Shown piece by piece: positions 15,623-25,983 of a DNA stretch of 38,845 nt (its first letter is position 1; each line of letters starts with the position of its first letter). Under the pieces are notes generated by a model. That model made no database searches, was not told the DNA's origin, and worked only from the letters and a program-made list of their open reading frames with translations. The position numbers and the translations under genes are program-made. This DNA is from a virus (lineage: Duplodnaviria > Caudoviricetes): the IMG/VR virus record IMGVR_UViG_3300020045_007055, positions 1 through 38,845 of that record; one strand, 5' to 3'.

Positions 15623-18100
15623 ATGTCAAGATACGCTATCAGGTCACAGCCAGCGTCTGTGTTGATTGGCAGTGGTGCTTCGAGCGTTAGATCTACTAAC
15701 AACTGCTCAATCACTGGCAACTCCGCGACCACGATCGGAGCTTTAGCATATCTGCCAGCAGCAGGCACTGCATTCAGCGGCGTGATTTCCTTCGGTACAT
15801 TAACCGTTGGTCAGGCGTACTATCTTGGTACAGACGCTTCAAATGGATTTGGACTCGGTATTTATGGAGCGTTTTACTCAAGTGGGCGCACTTTCCCCGT
15901 TGGCAGATGGGCGCGTGTAATTACTTCTTGGGACGGCGTGAACACCATAAGATATTATATTGACGGTGTTTTGATATCTACATACGTTGCTGCTCTGACG
16001 CCAAATATCGTTGCTGGTAAAATACACGTTGGAAACGTCATCGGTGGGTCATTCCCATTTTTGGGTAAGATCCGCGAAGCATTTGTGTACAATCGCGTGT
16101 TGAGTGACGTTGAAGTGTCCACAGTGGAATTAAACGGTGTCTATCCATCGAGCGGGCTTGAAGCTCTGTATAAATGCGATGAGAACACGGGAACCACAGT
16201 CGCCGATTCATCCGTAAACGCGAACACCGGTACGTTCGTTGGTACAGTCTCATGGGCATCTGGCCCAGTTTCATCGAGAACCGCAGTCGCGCAACAGCAG
16301 AACCTTGTTTATCCATCGGAAGTTTTTACTGGATGGAACATGGTAGGAACGACGATTGGTGCATCCATCGAAGGCCCGTATGTTGGCATGACAGCCACAG
16401 GCATGGTTGAGAGTACCGCAAGCACCAGCCACAACTTTTTTCAGGTATACACAAATACTGTTGGTAAGTTGCATACAGAGTCGATCATGGCTAAAAAAGG
16501 TGATCGCTCCTGGCTCTTGCTCGCTCCAGACAGCGCAGCGCCTAAAGTATGGTTTAACTTAGATACAGGTGTTTTAGGGTCTACAGCAGGTGGAGCAACA
16601 GGGAAGATCGAAGCTCTACCAAATGGTTTTTATCGTTGCTCTATTACATTTACGGCCGGTCTTGTTCAGGGTGTTCTCCGCGCTTATGCAACGACAGCGG
16701 ATACCGTGCAGACGTACGTCGGTACAGTAGGCTTAAATGCTATTTATGTCGTAGGAGCGCAAGCCGTGACATCGAACTGGGAAGGCCCATACAAAAAAAC
16801 AACCGCGTCGGCATATAACGTCGGCAACATCCGCCATATTGTTCCACAGAGACAGAACTTGCTGGCATACTCAGAAGATATCACGCAAGCTAGCGCATGG
16901 AATCTGTCGAATTTGGCCACGCCTACGTTTACTACTGACTATCTTGGTAATAACACGGCACAATTCGTACGTGATAATGCTGTTGCTGGTGTTCATCAAT
17001 TCTGGGAGGCGTATAGTAATATCCAGAACGCGGTATATACTCGGTCGCTCGATATCAAAGCTGTCGGGTCTAATTGGGTCTGGCTTGGAGAGAATAACGG
17101 TACGTCTTATACATACTTCGACCCGACGAATGGCGTATTCGGCATTACTTCCGCCAATCTATTGAATAGACAGGTAAGAAGCTTGGGTAACGGTTTCTGG
17201 CGCGTAGCTATTACTTTTGTTGGTACGAATGGAACGCAATCTCGTTTTACTGTCGCGTCTGGAGGCGACGGATCAGCGATATCATACACGGGTGACGGTT
17301 CAAAGGGTTTCATTGTTGCGCGCAATCAGCTCACTCGTGGTGAGTTTGATTGGCGTTATACGAAAACAACAACAGCAGCCATAAATACTGGCAATATGCG
17401 TGATTTGGCGCGACCAAGAGGCATCGCTGACGGTGTAGTTCCATCTATCCAAGGGCTTAATGCTTGGTATCGCGCAGATGTTGTTGAGCTAACATCGTCC
17501 CTTGTAAGTTCCGTGATCGATTTATCCGGTAAGGGAAATACGTTGATTCAGCCAACAGCGGCATATCGCCCATCCGTGGTCATGTCGGCGGCATTCAATA
17601 ACAAGCCTGTACTTCGTAGCGATGGTACGCGATCTATCGGAAACACGACTAGAAACGTGTTTCCAGCAGACGCTTGTACTATATTCGCTGTGGTCGCCAG
17701 TTCTTCATCTGGTACATCCGGCCAATGGTTTGCAGAGGTACACGGTGGAGGATCTTTACGTTGGCATTTCTACGGCGCTTCAGAGACTGAATTCCAGCGC
17801 TGGAACTCAGCCACGTGTGAACAAACGCTAACGTCTCAGACGGCAGCGATTATCACATACACCGCATCTGGCGTTAACGAGACGATGTATAAGAACAGCG
17901 GTGGCGCTGCCACCTCAGCGTCACGCCCCGGGAATACGAACAGAAACTTAATACTTTTTGCTTCAAATCTCTCATCTTCGTTCCCACGTGCATGTGATAT
18001 TGCGGAGATCATTATCTTCGACAGAATCCTCTCGGCTGGTGAGATTGCATCAGTGAACAGCTATTTATCGACACGATATAACATAACACTCACGCCTTGA
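15623..18100 (+). CDS. Multi-domain LamG/concanavalin-like fibre or adhesin protein
   Basis: LamG motifs (W..V...WDG...YYIDG, G.I.E..VYNRVLS..EV; C-terminal DIAEIIIFDRILSA.EI..V.SYL..RY) with two internal repeats (QQNLVYPSE / RQNLLAYSE). Confidence 0.85.
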   Translation: MSRYAIRSQPASVLIGSGASSVRSTNNCSITGNSATTIGALAYLPAAGTAFSGVISFGTLTVGQAYYLGTDASNGFGLGIYGAFYSSGRTFPVGRWARVITSWDGVNTIRYYIDGVLISTYVAALTPNIVAGKIHVGNVIGGSFPFLGKIREAFVYNRVLSDVEVSTVELNGVYPSSGLEALYKCDENTGTTVADSSVNANTGTFVGTVSWASGPVSSRTAVAQQQNLVYPSEVFTGWNMVGTTIGASIEGPYVGMTATGMVESTASTSHNFFQVYTNTVGKLHTESIMAKKGDRSWLLLAPDSAAPKVWFNLDTGVLGSTAGGATGKIEALPNGFYRCSITFTAGLVQGVLRAYATTADTVQTYVGTVGLNAIYVVGAQAVTSNWEGPYKKTTASAYNVGNIRHIVPQRQNLLAYSEDITQASAWNLSNLATPTFTTDYLGNNTAQFVRDNAVAGVHQFWEAYSNIQNAVYTRSLDIKAVGSNWVWLGENNGTSYTYFDPTNGVFGITSANLLNRQVRSLGNGFWRVAITFVGTNGTQSRFTVASGGDGSAISYTGDGSKGFIVARNQLTRGEFDWRYTKTTTAAINTGNMRDLARPRGIADGVVPSIQGLNAWYRADVVELTSSLVSSVIDLSGKGNTLIQPTAAYRPSVVMSAAFNNKPVLRSDGTRSIGNTTRNVFPADACTIFAVVASSSSGTSGQWFAEVHGGGSLRWHFYGASETEFQRWNSATCEQTLTSQTAAIITYTASGVNETMYKNSGGAATSASRPGNTNRNLILFASNLSSSFPRACDIAEIIIFDRILSAGEIASVNSYLSTRYNITLTP

Positions 18101-18109
18101 TCGTTCTTT

Positions 18110-18421
18110 ATGTCAGAAAACAAAAGTATAGAGTTTAAGATCGGTGAATTGTCAGGACAAGTAACCTCACTCGTTGCATCAATGCGCGATTTCATGGAAG
18201 CTCTTACACGGCTTGAAGGGAAGGTCGAACGCGCGTTAAATGAAGCGAACAAGGATTTTTCTGATTCTATGGCTAAAGTACAAGGACGCATCACTGACAC
18301 GGAGCTTGATATCCGTGAGCTAAAAACACGCGCCGCGATGTGGGGAGGACTCACAGGTATCGCTGGTGCTATATTCATCCAAGTCGTTATTTTGCTAATT
18401 CAGCACTTCATAACCCCGTAA
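18110..18421 (+). CDS. Coiled-coil protein with C-terminal TM helix (lysis-associated, putative)
   Basis: Heptad pattern, then AAMWGGLTGIAGAIFIQVVILLI. Confidence 0.7.
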   Translation: MSENKSIEFKIGELSGQVTSLVASMRDFMEALTRLEGKVERALNEANKDFSDSMAKVQGRITDTELDIRELKTRAAMWGGLTGIAGAIFIQVVILLIQHFITP

Positions 18422-18422
18422 T

Positions 18423-18653
18423 ATGTCGCAGATCGCATTTCAGCTTGACCCAGTGACAGTCGCTAAAATCAAGAAGTCGGCGCTGCTCTCACTCGCAGGT
18501 TTCACGGTAGCAGCAGTTGGTATCCTTACATCCTCGCCAGACGTTCTGGCATGGTTGCAGGCGCACCCGCTTGTTGCAGCGTTCGTCGCATCATTCTCTC
18601 CACTTATTATCAATGCGATCAATGAGTGGCGCTCAGGACAGAAGGTGTTATAA
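18423..18653 (+). CDS. Putative holin (2 TM helices)
   Basis: Two hydrophobic segments, 76 aa, upstream of the peptidases. Confidence 0.65.
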   Translation: MSQIAFQLDPVTVAKIKKSALLSLAGFTVAAVGILTSSPDVLAWLQAHPLVAAFVASFSPLIINAINEWRSGQKVL

Positions 18654-18684
18654 TACGTTTATAATTCGTTTAAGCATTATTGCT

Positions 18685-19032
18685 ATGAACAACTTTGAAG
18701 TCACGCCAGAGATGATTACCGTGTGGGGTAATCACTTCGGCGCAAAATCCATCGATGATGTGCCAGGTATCATTGGTTCCATGAATGCTTTGTCGCAAGG
18801 CATGGGCGAATTGCCTGCCGCATTGTTTGATGCAGAAGCCACTCGCGACATGTTCGCCAAGCTCCGCAGTCTCTATTTCTCGGCACAAGGCAAGGCAGAG
18901 CCTGCTTATTCGGTCATTGATGAGCCAGTCGTCGCGCCTGTCGAGGCAGAAGTCGCGCCAGTCGTTGAGGAGGTCGCGCCTGTTGCAGAGGAAGCCGTGG
19001 AAAAAACGGAGGAGGTTTCTTCGCAGGAATAA
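18685..19032 (+). CDS. Hypothetical protein with acidic E/V/A/P-rich tail
   Basis: Start MNNFEV at 18685, after the TGTTATAAT promoter (18646). Confidence 0.7.
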   Translation: MNNFEVTPEMITVWGNHFGAKSIDDVPGIIGSMNALSQGMGELPAALFDAEATRDMFAKLRSLYFSAQGKAEPAYSVIDEPVVAPVEAEVAPVVEEVAPVAEEAVEKTEEVSSQE

Positions 19033-19119
19033 TCCCGCCTCTATTCATCAGGGAAAGGCTTAAACACAACCTTCCTTGGTGAGTAGTCTCCCGGCGTGTC
19101 AGCGACGCGCTGGGTGGCT

Positions 19120-19560
19120 ATGCCACAATATATTTGGCCGCTCGACAAGGTATTCATTACGCAGTCATTTGGTGTTAATCCAGCCATATATGCCAAATAC
19201 GGCATGAAAGGCCACGACGGGATTGATCTTCGTGTACGGTTCGTGGATTCGCCGCTCGGACGTCGCTACATTAAGGCATCGCGTGATGGTTGGTGTGAGT
19301 GCCGTTGGGACCGCACCGGATATGGCTACCATGTGCGCGTACACCACCCGGATGGTGCTTTGACGATCTACGGGCACATGTCGAAGATTCTTGTCGCGAA
19401 TAAACAGATCGTAAAACAGGGGCAGCACATAGGGTTGACTGGCACGACGGGATTTTCCAGCGGTCCCCACCTCCATTTCGAGGTCAGACCGCCAAATTGC
19501 AACGTAAAAAATGGATTTGCTGGTGCTGTTGACCCAATTCCGCTACTTCCGAAGCTATGA
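19120..19560 (+). CDS. M23 family peptidase (endolysin)
   Basis: HDGIDL, GYGYHV, YGHMS, GTTGFSSGPHLHFEV. Confidence 0.93.
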   Translation: MPQYIWPLDKVFITQSFGVNPAIYAKYGMKGHDGIDLRVRFVDSPLGRRYIKASRDGWCECRWDRTGYGYHVRVHHPDGALTIYGHMSKILVANKQIVKQGQHIGLTGTTGFSSGPHLHFEVRPPNCNVKNGFAGAVDPIPLLPKL

Positions 19561-20018
19561 TTGTCTATCAAGGCGCGAAAAAGTCATGCGTGGCATGTTC
19601 TTTGGCATGGATGGCCATGTTTTGGCACAAAGGCACGGAATACGACTGGAATGTACTTTGGAATAATCTGAATGGTGACGATGACGGGCTTGAACCGAAG
19701 TACGCCATGCGTCTTGCGCGTGTCCTCGGCTGGTTCCGTGTCACGGTTCGCATCCCTGTCGCGTTCATTCGGTTTTTTCTTTGGCTCGGTTTTCCTGTTG
19801 TCATAGGTGTGCCCATGAACCGTTTGTTTTGGTCCGGTACATCATACGAGCATCCAGTGGTTTGGAATGGTGACAATGATGAGGATCATATGGTTGTTGC
19901 AACAGGGCATGACGGTCTTGGAAACTGGCACATTGTCGGCTGGGGAAACGAAACAGAGCAGGAATATCGATTGCTCGACAAGTATTATCCGATTAAGCAG
20001 GCCTACATATGCCGTTAA
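19557..20018 (+). CDS. Papain-like (C1/C39) cysteine peptidase
   Basis: Q....SCVACS and HMVVATG..., with a Cys/His dyad pattern. Confidence 0.65.
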   Translation: MIVYQGAKKSCVACSLAWMAMFWHKGTEYDWNVLWNNLNGDDDGLEPKYAMRLARVLGWFRVTVRIPVAFIRFFLWLGFPVVIGVPMNRLFWSGTSYEHPVVWNGDNDEDHMVVATGHDGLGNWHIVGWGNETEQEYRLLDKYYPIKQAYICR

Positions 20019-20182
20019 AAACGGGCAAGTCAGATTCAGTTTTTGTGTATAACGCCAAAGAGATGATGGCCTCCGGGCGTTCCATGAATGATGCGCTCGC
20101 CTCCGCAAGCGTAAAGCGTGATGCACATGTTGCGGCGTACACGAAACGAGATATTGCTCTCGCAGACAAGCGGAAAAAGTAG
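20009..20182 (+). CDS. Small conserved phage protein (MPLKTGKS...EMMASGRS...), 57 aa
   Basis: Read manually; resembles the widespread MPLKKGKS...SGRPQKQAVA phage mini-proteins. Confidence 0.6.
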   Translation: MPLKTGKSDSVFVYNAKEMMASGRSMNDALASASVKRDAHVAAYTKRDIALADKRKK

Positions 20183-20217
20183 TATAATGTATTCATAATT
20201 CATTAACTTTTCTCACC

Positions 20218-20301
20218 ATGAAAAAAGTTGCAAAGAAGGTCGTCAAGAAGGTGGCCGCCAAGAAAGTCGTCAAGAAGGTTGCGAAGAAGGGCAAGAAATA
20301 A
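20218..20301 (+). CDS. 27-aa histone-H1-like basic peptide MKKVAKKVVKKVAAKKVVKKVAKKGKK
   Basis: Read manually; TATAAT at 20183 upstream; synonymous codon variation across the repeats. Confidence 0.7.
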   Translation: MKKVAKKVVKKVAAKKVVKKVAKKGKK

Positions 20302-20319
20302 TCCTAAAACAAAAACAAA

Positions 20320-21552
20320 ATGTCGCGAACTTACTCTCAGCTTTATGCGGCAGTAAATAGCAAACTGCAAAAGGCGGGAGGCACAATCACCACCGCTGAT
20401 TTTTTGGCCGGTGTGAATCTTGCGCTCGATGGCATTTTGCTGGAAATCGAACCGCCGGAGCTTCAGCGCACGCAATCGCTGTCTCCGGCTTTGTTTAAGG
20501 ACGTGATCGTCTACTCGGTCCCCTCGGACCTGCAAGGCGACGCGATCATTGATATCCGCCCGCTTGTCGAACTTCCTAGCAAGTCGATGCCGAACGCTTG
20601 GCGCAAGAACACGACTGTCGCGTTCGAGCAGAATTTGATCGGCGACAAGACACAGCAAGCGTGGACAATCGAATACAACAACGGGTCGCGCTATCTCCGC
20701 GTGTTAGCTGACAATAACGGCCTCACGCAGAACGTGCAGATCGATTCGTGTGATTCTTACAATGGCAACGGCACATGGACCGCAGACGCGACAACGGATG
20801 CACTGAACGTCACGACGAACAACGTCAATTACTTCGAGGGCACGGGGGCAGTTTCGTTCGATGTCTCGGTTGCTCAATCGGGTAATAATTACGCGACCAT
20901 TTACAACAACGGGATCTCCACTTTGGATATTTCAGGTTTGACCGCTCCTTATTTATTTTTCTACGTTTATTTACCTTCCGCGACGTATGTCACAAGCGTG
21001 AGCATGGTGCTGGGATCTGGTGCATCGGTTACGCCATCCACCAAAGCGGACTACCAAACCTTTACCGCAACAACACAGTTCGACGGAACGGCGTTTGTGT
21101 CTGGTCGCAATCTGATCGGCGTACCGCTTTCATCGGCTGTACAGACTGGCACGTTCGCTTCGACAGCGTTGACGTACCTTGAACTGACAGTCAACTATTC
21201 CGCGTCACAAGCGAATATGACGGGCGTGTTGCTCGATGGTATCTATCTTCGAGAGGGCATGTTGTACGAGATCCGATACATCTCGCAAAGCGCCGTTGTC
21301 TCCGTGTCTGGTACGCGCAAGCAATACTTCACAGCAGACGACGACACGCTCGCCTTCAACGCCGAAGGTGAATTAGTTTTTGTTGAATACACGGCGGGAT
21401 ATCTTGCGCCGAACGTCAAAGACGTTCAGACGGGTGAGCTGTTCGGCAATCGCGCATCTCGGTTTATCTCGCAATACAATTTCCGCTATCCAAAACAGCG
21501 CCGGTTAACGTCAAAGAACTGGTATGATTCAGGTGAGGGATATCTTATCTAG
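20320..21552 (+). CDS. Head-tail adaptor / tail tubular protein A-like, with inserted beta domain
   Basis: Helical N- and C-termini (YSVPSDL motif) flank a beta-rich insert; precedes the nozzle. Confidence 0.65.
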   Translation: MSRTYSQLYAAVNSKLQKAGGTITTADFLAGVNLALDGILLEIEPPELQRTQSLSPALFKDVIVYSVPSDLQGDAIIDIRPLVELPSKSMPNAWRKNTTVAFEQNLIGDKTQQAWTIEYNNGSRYLRVLADNNGLTQNVQIDSCDSYNGNGTWTADATTDALNVTTNNVNYFEGTGAVSFDVSVAQSGNNYATIYNNGISTLDISGLTAPYLFFYVYLPSATYVTSVSMVLGSGASVTPSTKADYQTFTATTQFDGTAFVSGRNLIGVPLSSAVQTGTFASTALTYLELTVNYSASQANMTGVLLDGIYLREGMLYEIRYISQSAVVSVSGTRKQYFTADDDTLAFNAEGELVFVEYTAGYLAPNVKDVQTGELFGNRASRFISQYNFRYPKQRRLTSKNWYDSGEGYLI

Positions 21553-21555
21553 CCT

Positions 21556-23610
21556 ATGGCACGTTCATATAACCTTGTCCCGTGGTGTGAACTGACGGAA
21601 GGCTGGAATAATCGCGTCGATTCTCCAAAAGCGCCTGGTCTTTTGACCATGCAAAACTCTGTCATCACGGATCGCGGCGGTGTGGCTACTCGCCCCGGGA
21701 CTGAATTGCTCGGCGCGTCTGACAATTCTGGCGTCGCGTGTACATCGCTTTTCACAGCAGTTCGACGCGATGGAACGCAGATTTTACTTCGCGCGGCTGG
21801 GACTGTTTTGGAATACTACAACACAGCGAGCGCTGTATGGGCGACGCTAAAATCTGGCCTCACGAACGCACAAGCATTCGGCTTTGCAAACCACAACATC
21901 AACACGGATCAGATCGACTATCTCTATTTCTGCAACGCCGTCGAGCCATACAGCCGATGGACGATGGCGTTCGATAAAACCACAGCGATTGTCGCGCCAG
22001 CTGCAACAGCCATCCCCGTCACGACGACACTGGAACCGAACGTCTACCACACAAACACCGCCTCGTCGGTGACAACAACAACAATCGATGTGCCCGCTGG
22101 CACATGGGCCGCAGACATTTGGAATGTCGGTTTTTATGTGCGCATCACATCAGGCGCACAGTCTGGTTCTATCTCGCCAATCTCAGCTACAACGGCGACA
22201 CAAATCACGTTCACGGCAATCGCCGGACTCGCTGGCACGCCGACATTCGAGATTCGACGCTTAAAGTTCCCTGCCGCTGGGTCAATCATCGACGGGAACG
22301 GTACGATCACGGCGTATTCACAGATTGTATCGGATACCTCGCTCCCGGTTGCGTCAGCGCCAGCCATGGTGTCTGGGCTTTCAATCGCATCAGTACCAGA
22401 TGAGCTGATGTCAAATGGCTGTCCCCGCGGGAATATCCTTCAAACGATGTTTCAGATCATGCTCGTGGCCGGCACAAAAGATCATCCGACAACGCTTTAC
22501 CGCTCTAAATTATCGAACGCGGCAGATTTCGGCTATTCCGCGCCACGTGTGGCGGGTGAAGGCGACGTGATCGAATTCCCGGATGGAGGCGGGCGCATCA
22601 CAGATATTTCCGTCCGTGAAGATCAGGTTGAGGTTTTAAAAGAATCAGCAATCTTCGACCTCACGTTCACGCAAGACGCGAATGATTTGCCAGACAAAAA
22701 AACGCGCGTTAACTCTCCGCTTATCGGTACTGCTGGGCGCTCATTCCGCATGGGTGACGAAATTGTGTTTGTCTCTCCGGCAAAAGAGGTCACATCACTT
22801 TCCCGTGTCGCGCTCCGTGATAACCAACCGCAGCGCACAAACCTCGCGTGGCCTATTAAGAATGCGATCCGCAATTACTCATTTGACTCTGTGCGCGGGT
22901 ATACGTTCAAAAATTACACGGTGCTCGCTGGCAAAGAAACTGCATCGAGCCTGACGAACGACAAGGTGCTGGTGTTCGACAATAACCTCCAAAAATGGAT
23001 TGGCGAGTGGAATATCCCTGCTGCTGATTTTGCGGTGTACAACAATGAACTGTATTTCGCGTCGTCGTCGTCAAAGGAGGTCTATAAGATGTTCACGACA
23101 TCGACATCTACGGTGAAAGGGTCCGACGTGACAGGGTTTGATACGTATTGCGAGACACAGTGGACGAATAAGACCTCTGACGCGCTCTCGACGCAGAATT
23201 TTAATATTCTGGCGGTAACTGGGTACGTTCGCCTGAATACACCAATCACGTTTGGCCTTTGCTACGATTTCAACCCTATCCCGCATGTCACCTGGACGTT
23301 TGACCCCGCTTTGGCGTCCGTCGTCGATGTAAATATTGTCGGCTCTACGCCGGGGAACTCCATGGGCGTAACTGCTCTTGGTGTTACGCCGCTTGGAACA
23401 GAGGTCGCGGCAGCATCAGGCGATCACGACGAACAGCGCTTTATCGTGTATTTCCTCGTGCCGTATATCGATCACAATTGGGCGAAGCTCTCGTGGGCGA
23501 CAAGTGGGTCGAACAAGTACGTCGAGATCACAGACATCAAGAGCAACTTCGTAGAAGGTAACACGCAGATTCAGCAAAAACTACAGCGATCAATTGAATC
23601 AACAACATAA
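21556..23610 (+). CDS. Tail nozzle / tubular protein B-like (beta-propeller)
   Basis: GWN...MQN..I...GGVATRPG N-terminus typical of podovirus nozzle proteins; 684 aa. Confidence 0.75.
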   Translation: MARSYNLVPWCELTEGWNNRVDSPKAPGLLTMQNSVITDRGGVATRPGTELLGASDNSGVACTSLFTAVRRDGTQILLRAAGTVLEYYNTASAVWATLKSGLTNAQAFGFANHNINTDQIDYLYFCNAVEPYSRWTMAFDKTTAIVAPAATAIPVTTTLEPNVYHTNTASSVTTTTIDVPAGTWAADIWNVGFYVRITSGAQSGSISPISATTATQITFTAIAGLAGTPTFEIRRLKFPAAGSIIDGNGTITAYSQIVSDTSLPVASAPAMVSGLSIASVPDELMSNGCPRGNILQTMFQIMLVAGTKDHPTTLYRSKLSNAADFGYSAPRVAGEGDVIEFPDGGGRITDISVREDQVEVLKESAIFDLTFTQDANDLPDKKTRVNSPLIGTAGRSFRMGDEIVFVSPAKEVTSLSRVALRDNQPQRTNLAWPIKNAIRNYSFDSVRGYTFKNYTVLAGKETASSLTNDKVLVFDNNLQKWIGEWNIPAADFAVYNNELYFASSSSKEVYKMFTTSTSTVKGSDVTGFDTYCETQWTNKTSDALSTQNFNILAVTGYVRLNTPITFGLCYDFNPIPHVTWTFDPALASVVDVNIVGSTPGNSMGVTALGVTPLGTEVAAASGDHDEQRFIVYFLVPYIDHNWAKLSWATSGSNKYVEITDIKSNFVEGNTQIQQKLQRSIESTT

Positions 23611-23615
23611 TCTAT

Positions 23616-25079
23616 ATGGCCGCAAATAATTTTGTATCTACTCCCGAGCTGGTGATGAAGGCGGATGTACTTTCCACCGACGCATCGTTCAAGCTCCAAA
23701 ATATCAACTGGTATACCGGCTCCGATGGCGTCGTCGTTCCGCTGACGTCCGGTGCGTTTGGCTCGTCAGGTGTCGGTTTCGGTGTGTTCGATGAACGCAC
23801 GCCGTCACAGGAATTCTTTACATGGGACACGTCCACGCTTGCGAACGCGACGACATCCGGTATCACAATTCTCTCCCGTGGTTTGCCATGGGGGAGCGAC
23901 TACACAACCGAAGCGACATCGCGAAAGTTCTTCCATGCGTCTGGGTCCAAAGTGTTGCTCTACACGAACTCTCCCGCTTTCTACAACACGTTTGCGAATA
24001 AAGAGAACGCTGAAACCATCACGGGGAAGTGGGTTGTGCCGACGTATACAGCGTCAGATATCCACCAGGTCGCATCGATTGAGTACGCAAATGCGCTCGC
24101 TATCGCGGGGGCATCTGACGCATCTACAACAGTAAAAGGTATCAGCCAAATCGCCACAGGCGCACAGCTCGCAGCAAGCACGGGCACTGGTAGCACCGGG
24201 GCTGTTCTTGTGGCGGCTGGGTCTAGCTTCAAGAATACGTCAGCCGGTGCAGGAGACGCGAATAAAGTGCCTGTGTTGAACGGAAGCGGTTTATTGGATT
24301 CCTCTTTTATCGGCAACATCTCTAAGACGGCAGCGGAATTGCAAGTGACGACTGACGCGACGAACGCGAATGACGCCGTTCGATATTCCAAGGCTCAGAG
24401 CATGGTGTCACAGGGCGAAGCAACCGGAACATCTGGAGAGGCTTTTAGCGTTGGACAAGCCCTATACGTCAAAGCGTCAGATTCTAGGCTTTACAAAGCG
24501 GTCGGTACATCAGATGAGCCAACATTTTCTTTTGTTGGCATCGCGCTTGATGCAGCCGGTGGAGCTGGAACAGCCGGAATTCGTTTCGCTAAACCTGGAG
24601 GTATTGCTACTGGACTTTCCGGTTTGACTGCTGGATCATATTACTATGTGACTGATACGGCTGGAACAATTGGAACGACGCCAGGGACGCGATTTGCAAA
24701 AGTTGGGCAAGCGTTATCAACAACAACGCTCCGTGTATGTGAACCGAAATTTGTTGTGAGTGGATCACAAACGGTTTCATCGGCAACAACATATACACAA
24801 ACGACTGGTTTTTATCCCGCACGTATTATTGTTACCGCAGGTCTCGGCAACTCTGGCGTCTCCATGGGCGTTGATAATAATTGCACCTATGCGTCGCTTA
24901 CCAGCGCGGGCAACACGGGCGGAGATGGAACTGGCAACGCGTGGTATGTACGTGATGCAAACACAAACACAACTGGCAGCATTGGAACAATATCATCTAA
25001 GACTGCCACGGGCTTCGTTCTAACGTGTGGAACGTATAAAACAAGCACGGTCGTGAATTGGACGGCGTATAGCGAATAG
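23616..25079 (+). CDS. Tail fibre protein
   Basis: DASTTVKGISQIAT repeat motif and GL.AGSYYYV.DTAG.I...PG domain. Confidence 0.75.
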   Translation: MAANNFVSTPELVMKADVLSTDASFKLQNINWYTGSDGVVVPLTSGAFGSSGVGFGVFDERTPSQEFFTWDTSTLANATTSGITILSRGLPWGSDYTTEATSRKFFHASGSKVLLYTNSPAFYNTFANKENAETITGKWVVPTYTASDIHQVASIEYANALAIAGASDASTTVKGISQIATGAQLAASTGTGSTGAVLVAAGSSFKNTSAGAGDANKVPVLNGSGLLDSSFIGNISKTAAELQVTTDATNANDAVRYSKAQSMVSQGEATGTSGEAFSVGQALYVKASDSRLYKAVGTSDEPTFSFVGIALDAAGGAGTAGIRFAKPGGIATGLSGLTAGSYYYVTDTAGTIGTTPGTRFAKVGQALSTTTLRVCEPKFVVSGSQTVSSATTYTQTTGFYPARIIVTAGLGNSGVSMGVDNNCTYASLTSAGNTGGDGTGNAWYVRDANTNTTGSIGTISSKTATGFVLTCGTYKTSTVVNWTAYSE

Positions 25080-25082
25080 CCT

Positions 25083-25979
25083 ATGACTCCCTATCAGCCA
25101 AATGCGTCACAAACGATGGCGGGTCGCGTGCAAATCGCGACGGCTGACAATATTGCAGCAGGTGACACCATAGGTTCAACAGGTGCGCCGCTTGTCGTGC
25201 CGGCAAATCTTGCCGGTGGTGGTGGCGGAGGTGGCGCACCAACAAGCGCGTCGTATGTGACGCTCTCGTCCGATGGTACGCTCACAGCTGAACGGGTACT
25301 CACTGGCACGACGAATCAGATTACGATTACTGACAACGGCGCGAACAGCACGGTTGTTCTTTCAACGCCTCAGAACATCCACACGGGCGCGTCTCCGCAG
25401 TTTGCTGGCATCAAAGTCGGAACGCTCACGGGGATCATCAAGGGCACGTCTGGTACGCTTGGTGCGGCTACGCCAGGCGTGGATTATGAGAATCCCCTCA
25501 CGTTTTCAACCGGCTTGAATCGTGCAATAGACACCATCACGGTTGCCGATAACACGACGACACAGAAAGTGGTTGTCTCAAAGGATGGCTCAACTGTCGG
25601 GACACGCAAGCAGATCAATCTTATCGAGGGGACAAACGTCTCGCTCACGGTTGCAGATAACGCAGGATCAGACAGCGTGGATGTGACAATCACGTCTACG
25701 GCAGCGGGTGGCGCTACGCTCACGGAGGTTGAAGTTGACTTCGGGACCAAGCCGACAACTGACGCGCAATTCACGATCACAGATGCGAGCGTGTCGGGTA
25801 CGAGCAAGATCACTGTCACGCCTTCTGGCAATACGGCAACTGGGCGTGTCGCTGGTGACAACCAATGGGATAGCGTCATGTACTCTGCACTCGCGGCGAC
25901 GGGCAATTTTATTCTGTATGCAGTGTGTTCAACGGGTAGTCTTGTTGGAAAGCGCAAAGTTTATTATTCAATAGCATAA
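25083..25979 (+). CDS. Tail fibre / virion structural protein
   Basis: Gly hinge, LTAERVLTG and INLIEGTNVSLTV motifs of phage fibres. Confidence 0.75.
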   Translation: MTPYQPNASQTMAGRVQIATADNIAAGDTIGSTGAPLVVPANLAGGGGGGGAPTSASYVTLSSDGTLTAERVLTGTTNQITITDNGANSTVVLSTPQNIHTGASPQFAGIKVGTLTGIIKGTSGTLGAATPGVDYENPLTFSTGLNRAIDTITVADNTTTQKVVVSKDGSTVGTRKQINLIEGTNVSLTVADNAGSDSVDVTITSTAAGGATLTEVEVDFGTKPTTDAQFTITDASVSGTSKITVTPSGNTATGRVAGDNQWDSVMYSALAATGNFILYAVCSTGSLVGKRKVYYSIA

Positions 25980-25983
25980 AATT

